Assembly: GCF_009914755.1 (NCBI RefSeq)
Contig: NC_060927.1
Strand: one strand, 5' to 3'
DNA from: the human T2T-CHM13v2.0 reference genome, Homo sapiens
Length of the DNA: 64,000 bases
Positions 1 through 13,135 of the stretch are shown piece by piece. The position numbers and the translations under genes were made by a program. Under the pieces are notes generated by a model that was not told the DNA's origin, made no database searches, and was given only the letters and a program-made list of their open reading frames with translations. How positions within the stretch are numbered: position 1 is the stretch's first letter; every line of letters begins with the position of its first letter.

Positions 1-1119
1 GAGGTCCCATAGATAAGAAAAACGAAACAAAACAAAACAAAAACAGCCATCTTTCTAACTTCCCCATGTCTGGTGTTGTCACATACATGTCCCGGATCTT
101 CTGGACTGAAAACCCTGTACTTGAACTACTTTCTTTCATATGTGCACCACATTCAGTCAACAAATCCTTTTTTCTCGTTCCTCGTTTCCCTGATTTCCCA
201 TTCGTTTTCATTACCACTGCCCTCCCACGTTTCATAATTTAAATCTGGAGTTCTGCAATGACATCTTGGTTGGTTCTCACTGGAGTCTCTCTCCATGTTA
301 CATATAGCTGACAAATGGCCAACCAGAATATACTGTTCAGCCTACTTTTCTAAAAACCAATCTATGTGCCTTCCTCTGGACTTAGATCCAAAGCCTTCTA
401 GAAAATGATTCCTTCTTATCTAGTCAACCTTACCCATCATTTCTCAAAAGGGGCTTCCATTCCAGAAAATAAAATCCAATCTGTTTCATGCTCTTGACTT
501 AATCAGCTTTCACATCTGTGCCTTCTCCATTCATAGTAACACGTTCATTACCTTCTGCCAATGTATTGTTATCTTCCTTCATAACTCATCTCAAGGGAGA
601 TGTTTAAGACTCATTTTTTTGTCAACTAAACACTCTTCACTCTACATTCTCTTTGTGTATGTAATTGTACACGTACTTATATGTACATATGTACTACTAT
701 TCACATGCTGCCTTCTAATTTCCCTCCAGTTGCTTCATTCAGATCTCCATGAATATTTTTATTATCTTTTGTTAAGATTTTTATTAGCAGTTTTAGTCAA
801 TAAAAACTCGAAACTTAGTTAGATAGTTGGTACAATAGATGGAAGACTCATGATTAAATATAATTTCAACAGGATAAATAAAAATGGCAAGGTTTTTAAG
901 AAATGAAATTAATGAGAATAAATGAAAGTACGGCAAGTGCTGCACTTGAGAAGGAGCAAAAAGAGCACCAATGTTGTCACTAAATGGCAGGTAACCTTGA
1001 GATGTCTATTTACTAACTGGATCTCAATTTTCCTCACCTAGAAAATAGATTGGACAAGGTGGTCCCTAATATTTCTTTCAGCTCTGGTCTTCTATGGCAG
1101 ATGTGTCTTCAGTAATGTG

Positions 1120-1682
1120 TTTGGTAGGAAAAATTATGACCCTCAATCATATTCCACATTCTGATCTTCAGGATTGTGAATGTATTACTTTGTATGGCAA
1201 AAGGGACTTTGAAACTGTATTAGGTTGGTGCAAAAGTAATTGCGATTTTTGCCATTACTTTTAATGGCAATGTTTTAATAATTAATATTACTAGTAAATT
1301 GATCTTAAAATAAGGAGATTATCCTGGATTACCCAGTTAGGGCTAATGTAAGCAAATGAATCTTTAAGAGCAGAAAAGGACATCAGAGAGATTGGAAGCA
1401 TGAGATGGGCTCTACCCACCATTGCTGACTTGAACATAAAAAGGGTCACATGGAAAGCCTGAGAAGAAAATGATTATTCTACCCAGTGAGATTGAAAGAG
1501 GCTCACAAGCCCCAGATGAGAACCACAGCCCAGCAGATACGTTGATTATAGTTTGCTAAGACTCTGAGCAGAGAATCCAACCACGCTGTGTTGACTTTCT
1601 TACCTACAAAACTGTGAGCTAATATAATTATGTTGTCTTAATCTGCTAAATTTGTTATAGTGGCACTGGAAAAAATAATACA
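1120..1682 (+). mobile_element. MaLR solo LTR, MLT1D/E-like
   Basis: Typical MLT1 motifs: 'tatggcaaaagggactttg', 'ggagattatcctggattaccc', 'ctgagcagagaatcca', 'acctacaaaactgtgag', and 3' end 'tttgttatagtggcactggaaaaataataca'. Confidence 0.8.
1220..1270. mobile_element. MADE1 (Hsmar1-derived MITE), right arm truncated, nested in the MLT1 LTR
   Basis: TTAGGTTGGTGCAAAAGTAATTGCGATTTTTGCCATTACTTTTAATGGCAA matches the left ~50 nt of the 80-bp MADE1 consensus; the right TIR is missing. Confidence 0.9.
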
Positions 1683-2879
1683 CTTTCAAAGAAAGGGGTA
1701 ATGCATTTTTTGTTTTTCCATACCATGTTCTAACCAACACAGAGTAATCTTGAAATGTCCAGAGGGCAGCTGGATATGAAAAACTGGAGCTTGTAAAAGA
1801 GAGCAAAGCCAAAGATACTGACTTTAACTCATGTGGACAAAAGTGATTGTTAACTCTACAGGAACGGATGTATTTACTACATACAACATTTGAGAAAAGC
1901 TAGAAGACTAGAAGCACATATGACTAAGTCTTCAGGAATGTCCAGAAGACAAAGGAGAAAGAGAAGAAATGGTCAAAGATTAAGATGAGAATAGGAAAGC
2001 ATGTATTTTTGGCAACAAAAGTGGCAAAGCTTTGTAAAGAGGAGGTGGTCACACCAGATGGCTTCTATTGTTTCAGTGAAGTGGGAATCAAGATCAATTA
2101 AAAGTGCTTATTGGGACATGGAGAAGGAAGTTCTGCAGTAGCCTTTGCAGTGAGAGTCCTAGAGCATTTGTTAGAGATAAAGTAAGGGTGCTCTTTGGAA
2201 GTGGGGCTAGAAGGACTTTACATGAGCCAGGGGTGTAATAGCATTTGTGTCTTCCTCCAGGATATAATATGAGTCAGGCCAGGAGAGTAGTACGTGACAG
2301 GTGATTTTGCTCCAAGCTTGGGTACTAGTACATTGCATACAGCAAAAAATCGATGAAGGAACAATAAACTAAACAATGGCTAGAACAAAGACTATATTTT
2401 TGGAAAGTTCTTATTACAGCAAGGAGCATGCTGAATGCCTGGTTGAAGGTAGGAGAGTTAAATCAATTGAAACCCTAGCAAGAGGGGCAAAAAGGCTTTA
2501 TGGTGCTAGGAAAATAGAAGAGGTGACAAAGAGCCTCTCTGACTGCAGTGCTCTTCCACATAGATCATCATATTCAGTCTCATCAACTTTAAAATAGAAA
2601 CTACTTATGCTCATTTTCCAAATAATTTCTATTCCAGAGATAGAAATTCAAAAGTTTATATGACTTATCCAAGATCACACAGCAGGTCAGAAGCATAACT
2701 TGGGTTTAAAAGCTTTGCATCTTCCTCTAAGCTCTGCTGAGGTTAAATGTCTGGAAAGTGAAGTAGCAGAGACCAGAATCTCAGATTACAAAGCCGATGC
2801 CCTCCCTACCTCATTACGGCATTTTCCAAAACTACATTCTTAGTCATATTTAAGTTCTTTAATATGCATCTTTCTATCT

Positions 2880-3020
2880 ATTGCTCATTTTATTCTCATG
2901 GCAAACATGTGGATGTGAAAATTTTTATTCCTATTATATAGATAGGGAAAATGAGGTTTGGAGAATTGTTAAGTGATCTAACCCAAGTAACACAATTAGT
3001 TAGAGTTAGCACTCTTACAC
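2880..3020 (-). mobile_element. MIR fragment
   Basis: 'tatagatagggaaaatgaggtttggagaattgttaagtgatctaacccaagtaacacaattagt' resembles the antisense MIR core. Confidence 0.65.
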
Positions 3021-4295
3021 CAGCTTTAACCTTACCACCAGCATTTCTTTTCCCCAGTAACAACCAGACCTACATTCTTACCCTCTTTTGCCCTTAATTG
3101 TTCTACTGTCTCTTCCTCTCCTGGTTCATGCACTTAAAATCCCAGCGTCAATGTGTCTGTTTCCCACTTGGTTCCATGAGTTTTCCCACTTTGTAAGATA
3201 AATGTCACAGCCATCATTTGGTCTCCCAGCTGAGCCCAGAAGCCTTTGGATCCAGCTACTTCTTCCTTTTAGACAGAGTACACCTTCTTTAGAATGAGAA
3301 GTGGGATTTGGGTATGGTATGTCCTCCTCACACTGTTTTTCAAATCATATGGAACTGATGCAGTATAATGGGGATACTTTCAGAAGACTGGCAGCTTGTG
3401 TAAAAAAGCTGACTAAGTTAATCCGTGTGTGAAATGGAAGAATGCCTCGGGGAACATGACACAGTTTTTAAAAGAGGAGAAATAATAGATACTATAGAGG
3501 AGAAGGGAAAGAAAATGAAAGAGAGGAAAATGTGGAAGAGAGAAATAGAGAGAAAAATTTCTTAAAAATCAGAGGAAAAAATGGGGGCTTGCTATAAGGA
3601 AATAGATTTTATGAGAATAACTTTAAAAATAAATATAGATAATAATAATAATAAATACCTTTAAAGGCAGGCTAAAAAAATGCATTCTCTCTCCATTTCC
3701 CTCTCTCCCCCCTTCAGTTATCAGAGAATGTGTTAGGTAAAACGAATCTAAAAATAATAAACTAAGGTTTACTTTTTCTACATGACCTTGAAATACCTCT
3801 TTATTCCCAAGTTTCCATGGAAGGGGATGTAATTACATAAGTGTGAATATGTACTATTTCTTTTTATCTCTTTTCTTGATCTAGTCTACCCTGTCCTTCA
3901 AAAAGCTAATGAAATGAGAATAGGTAGGAGGCGACCCATTGAAGGTTAGTAGGTACCATCAGCCACTATATTAATGAGGCCAGGAGATGCCACAGCACAG
4001 CCTGGGGAGAAAATGCCTCAACAATGGCCAAGACAACACTGACCATTTCTAGCCTTTGAAAAATACAATGAATCAGAGGCAACATCTGACACTCCACTGG
4101 ATTTCCGTGACTTCAGGAAATGAGCAAATAATATGCATTTTTCTTTGCATATAGGTAGTGAGCTTCTTTGAAATCAGAGCGATTCTTCCTCCAAAATACT
4201 CTTGAAGATAATTTGTTTTCCCGGATCTCTCAGGGCTCCCTTCAAAAACAGGATTTTGGACCTGCTGTGGCCGGACTCTCAATTGTGATATGTAG

Positions 4296-4326
4296 GCTCC
4301 CTCTACTGGACATATGGTTAGTTGCA
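4296..4326 (-). promoter_or_regulatory. Candidate CTCF site (core plus upstream module), reverse orientation
   Basis: Minus strand reads TGCAACTAA-CCATA-TGT-CCAGTAGAGGGAGC; the core has one mismatch to CCASYAGRKGGCRS. Confidence 0.6.
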
Positions 4327-4417
4327 GCCAGTGTGCGTTTTTAACGAACTTTGATTTCCTATATCCTTGTGACTTATGCATGATTATGGCTAATGAAGTG
4401 AGTACCAAGGATAATGC

Positions 4418-4419
<2 letters not shown>

Positions 4420-4472
<53 letters not shown>
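4420..4472. repeat. Perfect (CA)~26 microsatellite
   Basis: Read directly from the sequence. Confidence 0.99.
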
Positions 4473-4473
<1 letters not shown>

Positions 4474-4645
4474 ATTCTTCTCTGAAAGTCTAGAATGCAG
4501 TTGTCTAGTATGAATAATTTAGCACCATTCTCTATTTTCGTTGTGCTTGCTCACTGTATATATGTAGGATTTTTTTTTCTTATTTCACTAACTAGAATAA
4601 AATTTATGGGTTGGGGATTCAGAATTTATTTATGCTTTTCATTAA

Positions 4646-4740
4646 TTTCTTTTTAAATTTTGTGGGTACATTGTAGGTATGTATTTATGGGGTACATGAG
4701 GTGTTTTGATACAGGCATGCAATGTGAAATAAGCACATGA
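4646..4740 (-). mobile_element. L1MA-type 3' end fragment
   Basis: 'tttgtgggtacattgtaggtatgtatttatggggtacatgaggtgttttgatacaggcatgcaatgtgaaataagcac' matches an antisense L1MA 3' terminus. Confidence 0.8.
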
Positions 4741-4784
4741 TACTGACCCAAGTTTCAATGACAAGTCTCTACTTATTGGATTGA

Positions 4785-4960
4785 AGACATGTGTTTTCCA
4801 CTTACTATTTGTATTACCTTGAGTCAGTTAATTTCTCAGAGCCTTGGATTCCTGATCTTGGGAAATAAAACAATAGGTACTCTAAGCTTGTTGTAAGAAT
4901 TAAAAGATAAACCATATGTCAATGATACTCACATTTTTCTGGCACAGTAGAATATGATTC
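4785..4960 (+). mobile_element. MIR fragment
   Basis: 'ccacttactatttgtattaccttgagtcagttaatttctcagagcctt...ttgttgtaagaattaaa...ctggcacagtag'. Confidence 0.65.
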
Positions 4961-5910
4961 TCTAAGCAGTTACCAAACGCTAACTTCCTTTTCATTTGCT
5001 GACCTGTCTGTGTGGCCAGGTCAGTGGATTCAATTAGAAATATGTGACTCACATTAGCAAAAACAGTTAGACTTGAAATTATTTCAATTTTAATAAACTC
5101 TACCCAAATGAAAAAAGCATATATTTTCAGTATCCTCTCTAACTAGGCAATAGGCTAGGAGCACAGGCTGTAAAAAGGACTCAGATGTCATTGCTGGACT
5201 CTTCTCTCATTCTCTCCAGGAACACATGGAGAGGAGAAAATCTGTTTCTTGCTTCTGTATCAGTTTCTGCTCTATGGCATCCCTGGTATTTCTCATTGTA
5301 ATTGCTCAATAGATGTTTATTAAAATAATCTTCAGTCATTTGTCTTGTTCTCCACCTTCTCCTATGTAAAGTGTAAAATGCATGTCCTTCCAATCCAGGA
5401 CATCCTGCCATTAAACACATACTTATTTTTCTACTCCACATGTCTCTTTTCCCATTCCCTTCTCTCAACCTTTTGAATACACTTTAATGGTGCTGCCTTC
5501 TCACTTTTTACCTTGCATGCTGGGAGCTCCAGATGAGAGATGAAGCAAATATCTTGCTCCATTTGATCTATATACTGTATTGTCGATATTTCTCCCTTTT
5601 GAATTATCTTATTCCACAACAAAGACCACCATATACCAACATAGAGAAATAAATATGTGAGCTTAAGACTCACTCAAACCTAGAGAACACAGCTCATTCT
5701 CTTAACATGCCTTGAACAAACAGCACCAAATACAACTATAACCATGACAAAGAAACCAGAAGTCTCTGGATTAGTGTGGTGCCACCTGGACTCAGGAGTT
5801 TGCAATATTTGGAGGAATCAAATCATGTAATCAAAGTCTGATGCACATTTCATTCTTAACAACTTTATTTAAATTACAGCATAAACTTCCCCATAGAAAT
5901 GTACTCTGTA

Positions 5911-6328
<418 letters not shown>

Positions 6329-6460
6329 TTATCCTCAAAAGCCTTTATCAAATCAAATAGTTGTTTTTTTCCTCTTTAGAGCTTCCAACATGATAATCTA
6401 AGCCATGACTCTCCAAGAGAGTGTAAGGAATCTAATAGTCACTAATAAATCCTAGAGCCA

Positions 6461-6842
<382 letters not shown>

Positions 6843-7940
6843 TAAATACGCTCTTGTAGATTGGACGGTGAGCTTCATCAGTGCAGGGATGGTATTGGTC
6901 TTGACCTCCGAGGCTTCCCTAGTACTTACTGCAATGCAGCAGGCACACAATCCACATTGGATACATTCAGTTGAACTAAACAGCATCTTTCCTTAAGATA
7001 TTTTTAATTCGGATATAATTATGTGATCATATTAATAGCATGATTCAAAATGAATCAGTAGAAGACCCTAGGGCCTTCAGATCATTTCAAACTATAAACA
7101 CCACCATAGTTTAGTTTGAAAATGGTGGCTGCGGTGGGGGCTGGGAGTGGAATCCACTATCGTAATGATTTTCTGCCATTCCCTAATGTCTTCCGGCCTC
7201 CTTGCAGCTCTTTTGAGTTTTTATACTTGTTTCTCCTAGTCACATATACTAACAAAAAGAGAACAATTGAGTCAGACATCCTCTGCCACAGTTAGAATTT
7301 CAGTGCAGACATGCTTTATATATGGATCCCCATGAAGAGGAAAACGATTCAAGCCCACAGTCACTCTTAATATCCATCTAAGTCTTCATCTGGCTGCACT
7401 TCTCTAGATTGACTATGTGTCTTTTCTGATGTATCTACCTAGTAACCTCGCTTGGCTGGAAACTATTATATTTTCTGGCATCTCAGCACTACAGAGAAGT
7501 CACAAAGTATCTTTCTGACTTCCTCTTCACCCTAACAAAGATAAGATTTGGGACTCTGAGAATCAGAGAAGGGACCAGGCACCCCACAAGAATATCAGCC
7601 ATGAGAAACTGTGAACAAATTCAGAGATCTGGACAGTATGAAGGACATTGCTGACATAAAAAAGTCAGAAGTCTAAAGCTGGTCTAACAGACATGCCAAG
7701 ACCCAAAGTTAGTAATAAGGAGGCAGGATACAACAACATCCACATAGCAATGAATTTGGAAAGACCTGTTCTTAGGCCAAGGAGCACAAAGCTAGAGAGC
7801 AAAATTAAGGAAATGGCCTCTCAGATTTATTTTTGACTCACACCAATATTTTGTTTTTCCACGGATATGCTACCTTTTCTTCTCTGGATTTCTACCTTCC
7901 AACTTCATACAATTTCTATCATGCTTGTCTTTTTCTCCTG

Positions 7941-7941
<1 letters not shown>

Positions 7942-7969
<28 letters not shown>
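7942..7969. repeat. (TC)14 microsatellite
   Basis: Read directly from the sequence. Confidence 0.97.
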
Positions 7970-7973
<4 letters not shown>

Positions 7974-8349
7974 GGGGTGGGGGTGATGTCTGCAATATGT
8001 TCTGCATCTGTGTCCCTGTATTTTGTCAGGGAGGCATTTGTTCTCAACTTTCCCAATATGTTCTCCAAATGCAAAAGATATAAACACGACGAGAGGTTCC
8101 ATTATTGCTTGATCCTTTAATTGTTTTTAAAATTCATTAGAATCCTAGCTGAACATTATGAGAAGGAGGAAGGAAAATAGTAGAGTTGCACTGAGAAGAA
8201 AAATGTTCTTCCTTTTTTTTTTCTATCAAAGCCATTGTTATTTACTCTCAGAAATGCACACTGCTTTTAGCTGTCTTCCCGCATGGAAATCTTCAATGGT
8301 CCAAATAGTCTTAACATTGAAACTCAGGTAGTTTCTGTGGTTAGTGATG

Positions 8350-8860
8350 GAGGTAGATATTAAAGGGATTGTATCTATAATCCACAGGATCCAAGGGGAT
8401 ATGTCACATAAACAACTGGAAATCGGAATCTGGAGCTCAGAAAAAAGCTGAAGAGGAAAATGCAATGTCTTGGGTTACAGATGGTCTATAAAACCAGATA
8501 ATTGGGTGAAATAAGCCTAATAAGGCAATAGAACATGAAAAGGAATGAGGACCCTGAAATGAGGCTTGGAGAAACTCACACATTCACAAATTGGGAGGCC
8601 ACAAAAAGAAACTGAGGAGCAGACAGAAAGAGGACTAACATCATGCAAAAGTGGTGTCAAGAAAGATAGTGAGGAAACTATTGCAAGAAGAAAGGCAAAA
8701 GCAACTGCACTGAAAGCTGCTTAGAGGTAAAATAAAATGAGGATTGATAAATGTGAATTTGGCAATATGCTGATCACTGGCAAATTTAGCCAGAAACATG
8801 CCAATGGAATGATGCTGTATATAAGCCAGCTTAGAGAGGGACAAATTGTGAAGTGGAGGA
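8350..8860 (-). mobile_element. L2 fragment
   Basis: Antisense L2 motifs such as 'caactggaaatcggaatctggagctcagaaaaaag' and 'aaataaaatgaggattgataaatgtgaatttggcaat'. Confidence 0.7.
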
Positions 8861-8911
8861 AATCTTTTATAATTCAAATTTAAAATAATTTATTGAAAGA
8901 ACATTTAGAAG

Positions 8912-9296
<385 letters not shown>

Positions 9297-10861
9297 CTAT
9301 AGCTTGATGGCACTGTAGTATCAAGGGTGTGTGTTTGCTTGCTTTTTTAGTTGATGTAAATGCTGATGACAAAGATACAGTACAATAGATTGTGTGTATA
9401 TCTCTGTAATAACGGATAGAACCATGTCTCCCAAAAAGAGGAGGTAATGGGTAGGCAGACAAACCTGTCCCATTTGTTAGCTTGTATTTTCTTTATGGAT
9501 AAAGTTACTTGTAATAGCACTACATTTTCCCATGAAAGCATATACCAATACCACCAATATATGTTACAATGCCCTATGAATAAACGAAATAAACTTGTTG
9601 AAAATTTTAAGTGACTGGGATGTATGTAATTTCAGATTGATAGTTTTAGCATGGTATCAAAATATCTAACACTAGAAAAGGAGATACAATAAATGTAATG
9701 AATTATTTAGCAGCTACATTGCAGGACAGTTTTCTGAGATTTTTAAAATATTTATTTTGGAACTCAGTCTATCCCTTGAACAGCTTCATAGCACTGTCAG
9801 TGTCTCTTCTGGTGGTATTGTCAAATGCTATTCTAGTAGGTGCCAATTCACCATACTGCCATCGGTTTAAACAAACTATTAGTATACTGTATGTGTGTAT
9901 GAGCATGTATGCAAGCTTTAAACATGTGCTGATATGCCAGAAAACAAAATTTCAGTGCCTGGAAAATGCAACCATAATGTAATTATGTCTGCTCATGAGC
10001 ATGTTCATGGATGGACAAATATCTATCATCTTTTTCAGGTTCAATTTTTAAAATTTGTGATCACCATCAACTTACTCAAAAATAACAGCCGTGCTATTGC
10101 TTATAACAATGGTAGTGTGGATGCAGAGTTAGTCATTGATAATATTTTTGCATTGTTACATTTGGTTATATTATCTCCTTAAATATTTCTAAGAACCAAA
10201 GTATTCTTCAAAATATTCTGTAATTTTACAAACACTATTTCATAATGCAAGAGTTGTGATGTCACTGAAGATTCAACTTTGAGTGTTGCTTAGTATCTAG
10301 AATTTGGTTTAAAGTTAAATAGTAAGGATCAGGTCAGGAATTTAAAAACTACTCAGGTCCCATTTTACACATAATTCTCACAAGGGTGGTAATAGTGTAC
10401 TGAACATGCTATGGCCAGAGATTATAAATATATGCATATGTACGTGTGTACTTACATAAATGTGTGTGTAAATATACGTGAGTGTTTTTTCATGCATATG
10501 ATATAAGCCTGGTGTAAACACTTTTTCCAAAATACTCTCATAAAAATGACCAATGTACTGAAGGGCATTGCTCTTTCACATCCAATCCACAATCTCCAAG
10601 CAAACAAGACAGAGGAGGGAGCCAAAGCCCCTCCCTGTGCACTGGGGATTTATAGATAATAAAAATATTTTAATGCTGCTGATTTAAAAAAAAACACACA
10701 CTATTGCTGGCCCAGCCAGTGAAGAAGAATAATTTTTTTTTTAGATCCAAAAACATTTCTTGAAAAAAAGATGTCTTGACCTGTGATATAATACATCTTT
10801 CTCTAGGAAGGCTGTAGTATGCACCACCCAGGATGCACGGCAACTGGATGATATATATTAC

Positions 10862-10969
10862 AGATATAGATATAGATATAGATGTAGATGTAGATGTAGA
10901 TATAGATATAGATACAGATACAGATACAGATACAGATACAGATATAGATATAGATATAGATATAGATGG
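10862..10969. repeat. Compound hexamer microsatellite (AGATAT)3(AGATGT)3(AGATAT)2(AGATAC)5(AGATAT)4 AGATGG
   Basis: Parsed unit by unit from the sequence. Confidence 0.97.
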
Positions 10970-11003
10970 ATAGATTCAGAGGCAAGACACTGTCATTTTT
11001 AGT

Positions 11004-11127
11004 GCAGATTGCTTGAACCCAGGAGTTTGAGACCAGCCTGGGCAACATGACGAAACCCCGTCTCTACAAAAAATAAAAAAATTAGCTGGGCATGGCAGCA
11101 CACACCTGTAATCCCAGCTACTTGGGA
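11004..11127 (+). mobile_element. Internal AluJ fragment with both ends missing
   Basis: Runs from 'gcagattgcttgaacccaggagtttgagacc' through the A-rich linker to 'cccagctacttggga'; no 5' end, tail or TSD. Confidence 0.9.
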
Positions 11128-11129
11128 AA

Positions 11130-11640
11130 ATGAGATTTATAAGTTATCTGCAAAAATGCAATGAAGAGATTTTCGTAACATTTATTTTGGAAACAGTAAA
11201 ATTCCAAGTAGAATTTTACAAAGGAATGGATGAATAGATTGCAGAATATTCACCAAATGGAATATTATGCACTGATGAGAAATAAACATAATGCTGAGTG
11301 AAAAGAGAAAGTCCCAGAAAACTACATATATTTAATACCATTTTATAAAGCTTTAAAATAAGTGAAACACAGGAAATTATTGTTAGGATATATATGACAT
11401 AGGTATTTTATTAGAAACCAAGTGAATATTAAATAGAAAATTTAGAATAATGGTTACCTCTGAAGAGAGAAAAGGGGATGAGATAAGAAAGGAATACATA
11501 GGTAGATGTAAATTTGGGCAATATTCTAGTCTTTGGGTTGAATATTCATGATAAAATTTTGCTTTGTAATCTATATGATATACTATATGTGTGTGTAAAC
11601 ATAAATATGTATGTATAATTATTTAAGCAAAAATAAAGTA
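11130..11640 (+). mobile_element. L1ME-type 3' region
   Basis: 'ggaatggatgaatagattgcagaatatt...atggaatattatgc...cataatgctgagtgaaaagag...aatggttacctctg'. Confidence 0.75.
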
Positions 11641-12729
11641 GAATAAAAGTAAAGTCTTAGCACTAATAGGTGTTATTTCCCTAATATATTGAAAACAAGA
11701 TATATTTAAAACACTACAGTCACAATTTTAGTACTGAGAATTTATTGCATAGGAAGCAATCTATAAGCCCATAACATCTGGAAGATAACATTTATGCCCT
11801 ACTCTGTGTTTTGTATCACTGATCTTTTTTCTAAATTTCTGCAGTATGCGGGAGGCAACACTTAGTACTACATACCAATACCAAACAAATGAACATTGAA
11901 TTGTTTTTTCCTAACTAAGGGTCAGGTAACCTAGATGTTGACAATTATATTATATTATAAACCAGTGTATGCAGGAATATTACACAGTCCAGATTAAGCC
12001 ATGACACTGTCTTGTACTGTTGACTTTCTTTACTCTTTTCTAAAAAACATAGCCTCCTGGTTCCTCAGAAGTAAGCAGTCATAGAAATGTAGAATACAGC
12101 CCAATAATTGAAAGGAAAAGTTAGGCTAAATAGGACTCTGTTACTATGTTGTGTCTCCGAAATTCCAGCAACTCCTGATTATATCAAGGGGTGCCAACCA
12201 AATGTGCATTTTTCAACACTTCTTCACCTCTATCACCAACAGACTGTATCTCTAAAATTTTATGAATTACTGCTCAAATTCTTCCGGGAGACTTATGATA
12301 ATTACTACTGCTTCTGCAGAGTTACAAATCTACTACATCAGTTTTAGCTAAAAGATATGTGTCTCAAAAAACAATTTTTCTTCTATGTAGAAGGCCTGAG
12401 GCAATTATCCAGGAAGGCTGGTTTTCCTAGGTGGGAATAGGCACTGGGGAAACTGCCTCAACTCTTTCAGGCTTTTAGTGCAGTAGTTGTTTAAAATGTG
12501 GATGTCTTGTTCCTTTGAGAATATGATACCGATCTCTCTCATCAGAAATACAAATACTCGTATGTACCAGATGTGTTTCACTTTTGGGGCTTAGGTATTC
12601 CTGAAGCTCATTCATGGGCTAAGGATCTGTGGACTTGCATTGTTGTGGTTCATCTGGCTGATGCCCACACTTTCTTTGGAAGAACATGAATAATGAAGGT
12701 GAGATTTATACTGTGTTTATGATCTCTTG

Positions 12730-13135
12730 TTTCAGTTACTATAACCATCTTCTATCTGATTTCTTTGCCTGTCCTCTGCACTGCTACCGTAGTGATATCT
12801 CTAAATAAAGTGTAATCAGTTAACACACCCATCTACCCCACGACTCCCTACTGAAAAATTTCAAGAGCTCTTTATCAAAATTCCATTGCAAAGCATCCAA
12901 GACCCTTGATGATTTAGCCCCTCCTGCTTCCTGGGCCTCACCTTTCACTCTGCCCTCCTGTGGCCTACGCAAGTTGCCAGGCAATCTCGTACTCCAAGCC
13001 TTTGCACATTTGTTCCCTCTATCTGGTATATCACCCTATGCCTTTATTATCATGGGGATTATTATGACCTGTCTGCATTTTTTGAAGACCCAGAGTGGGT
13101 TTCACGTCTTTCAGGAAGCTCTATCTAGCCTTTCC
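12730..13135 (+). mobile_element. L2 fragment
   Basis: 'caagacccttgatgatttagcccc', 'gcctttgcacatttgttccctctatctgg', 'tcaggaagct'. Confidence 0.7.

Noticed and set aside
1220-1270. miR-548 family precursor
   Set aside because: The right arm of MADE1 is missing, so no long hairpin can form.
4073-4468. 131-aa minus-strand ORF
   Set aside because: It starts inside the (TG)n tract, has no recognisable domain and no clear exon boundaries on that strand.
10862-10969. CRISPR-like or coded array interpretation of the periodic repeats (also 15295-15364 and 58570-58781)
   Set aside because: There are no unique spacers between repeats; these are ordinary eukaryotic slippage or duplication products.
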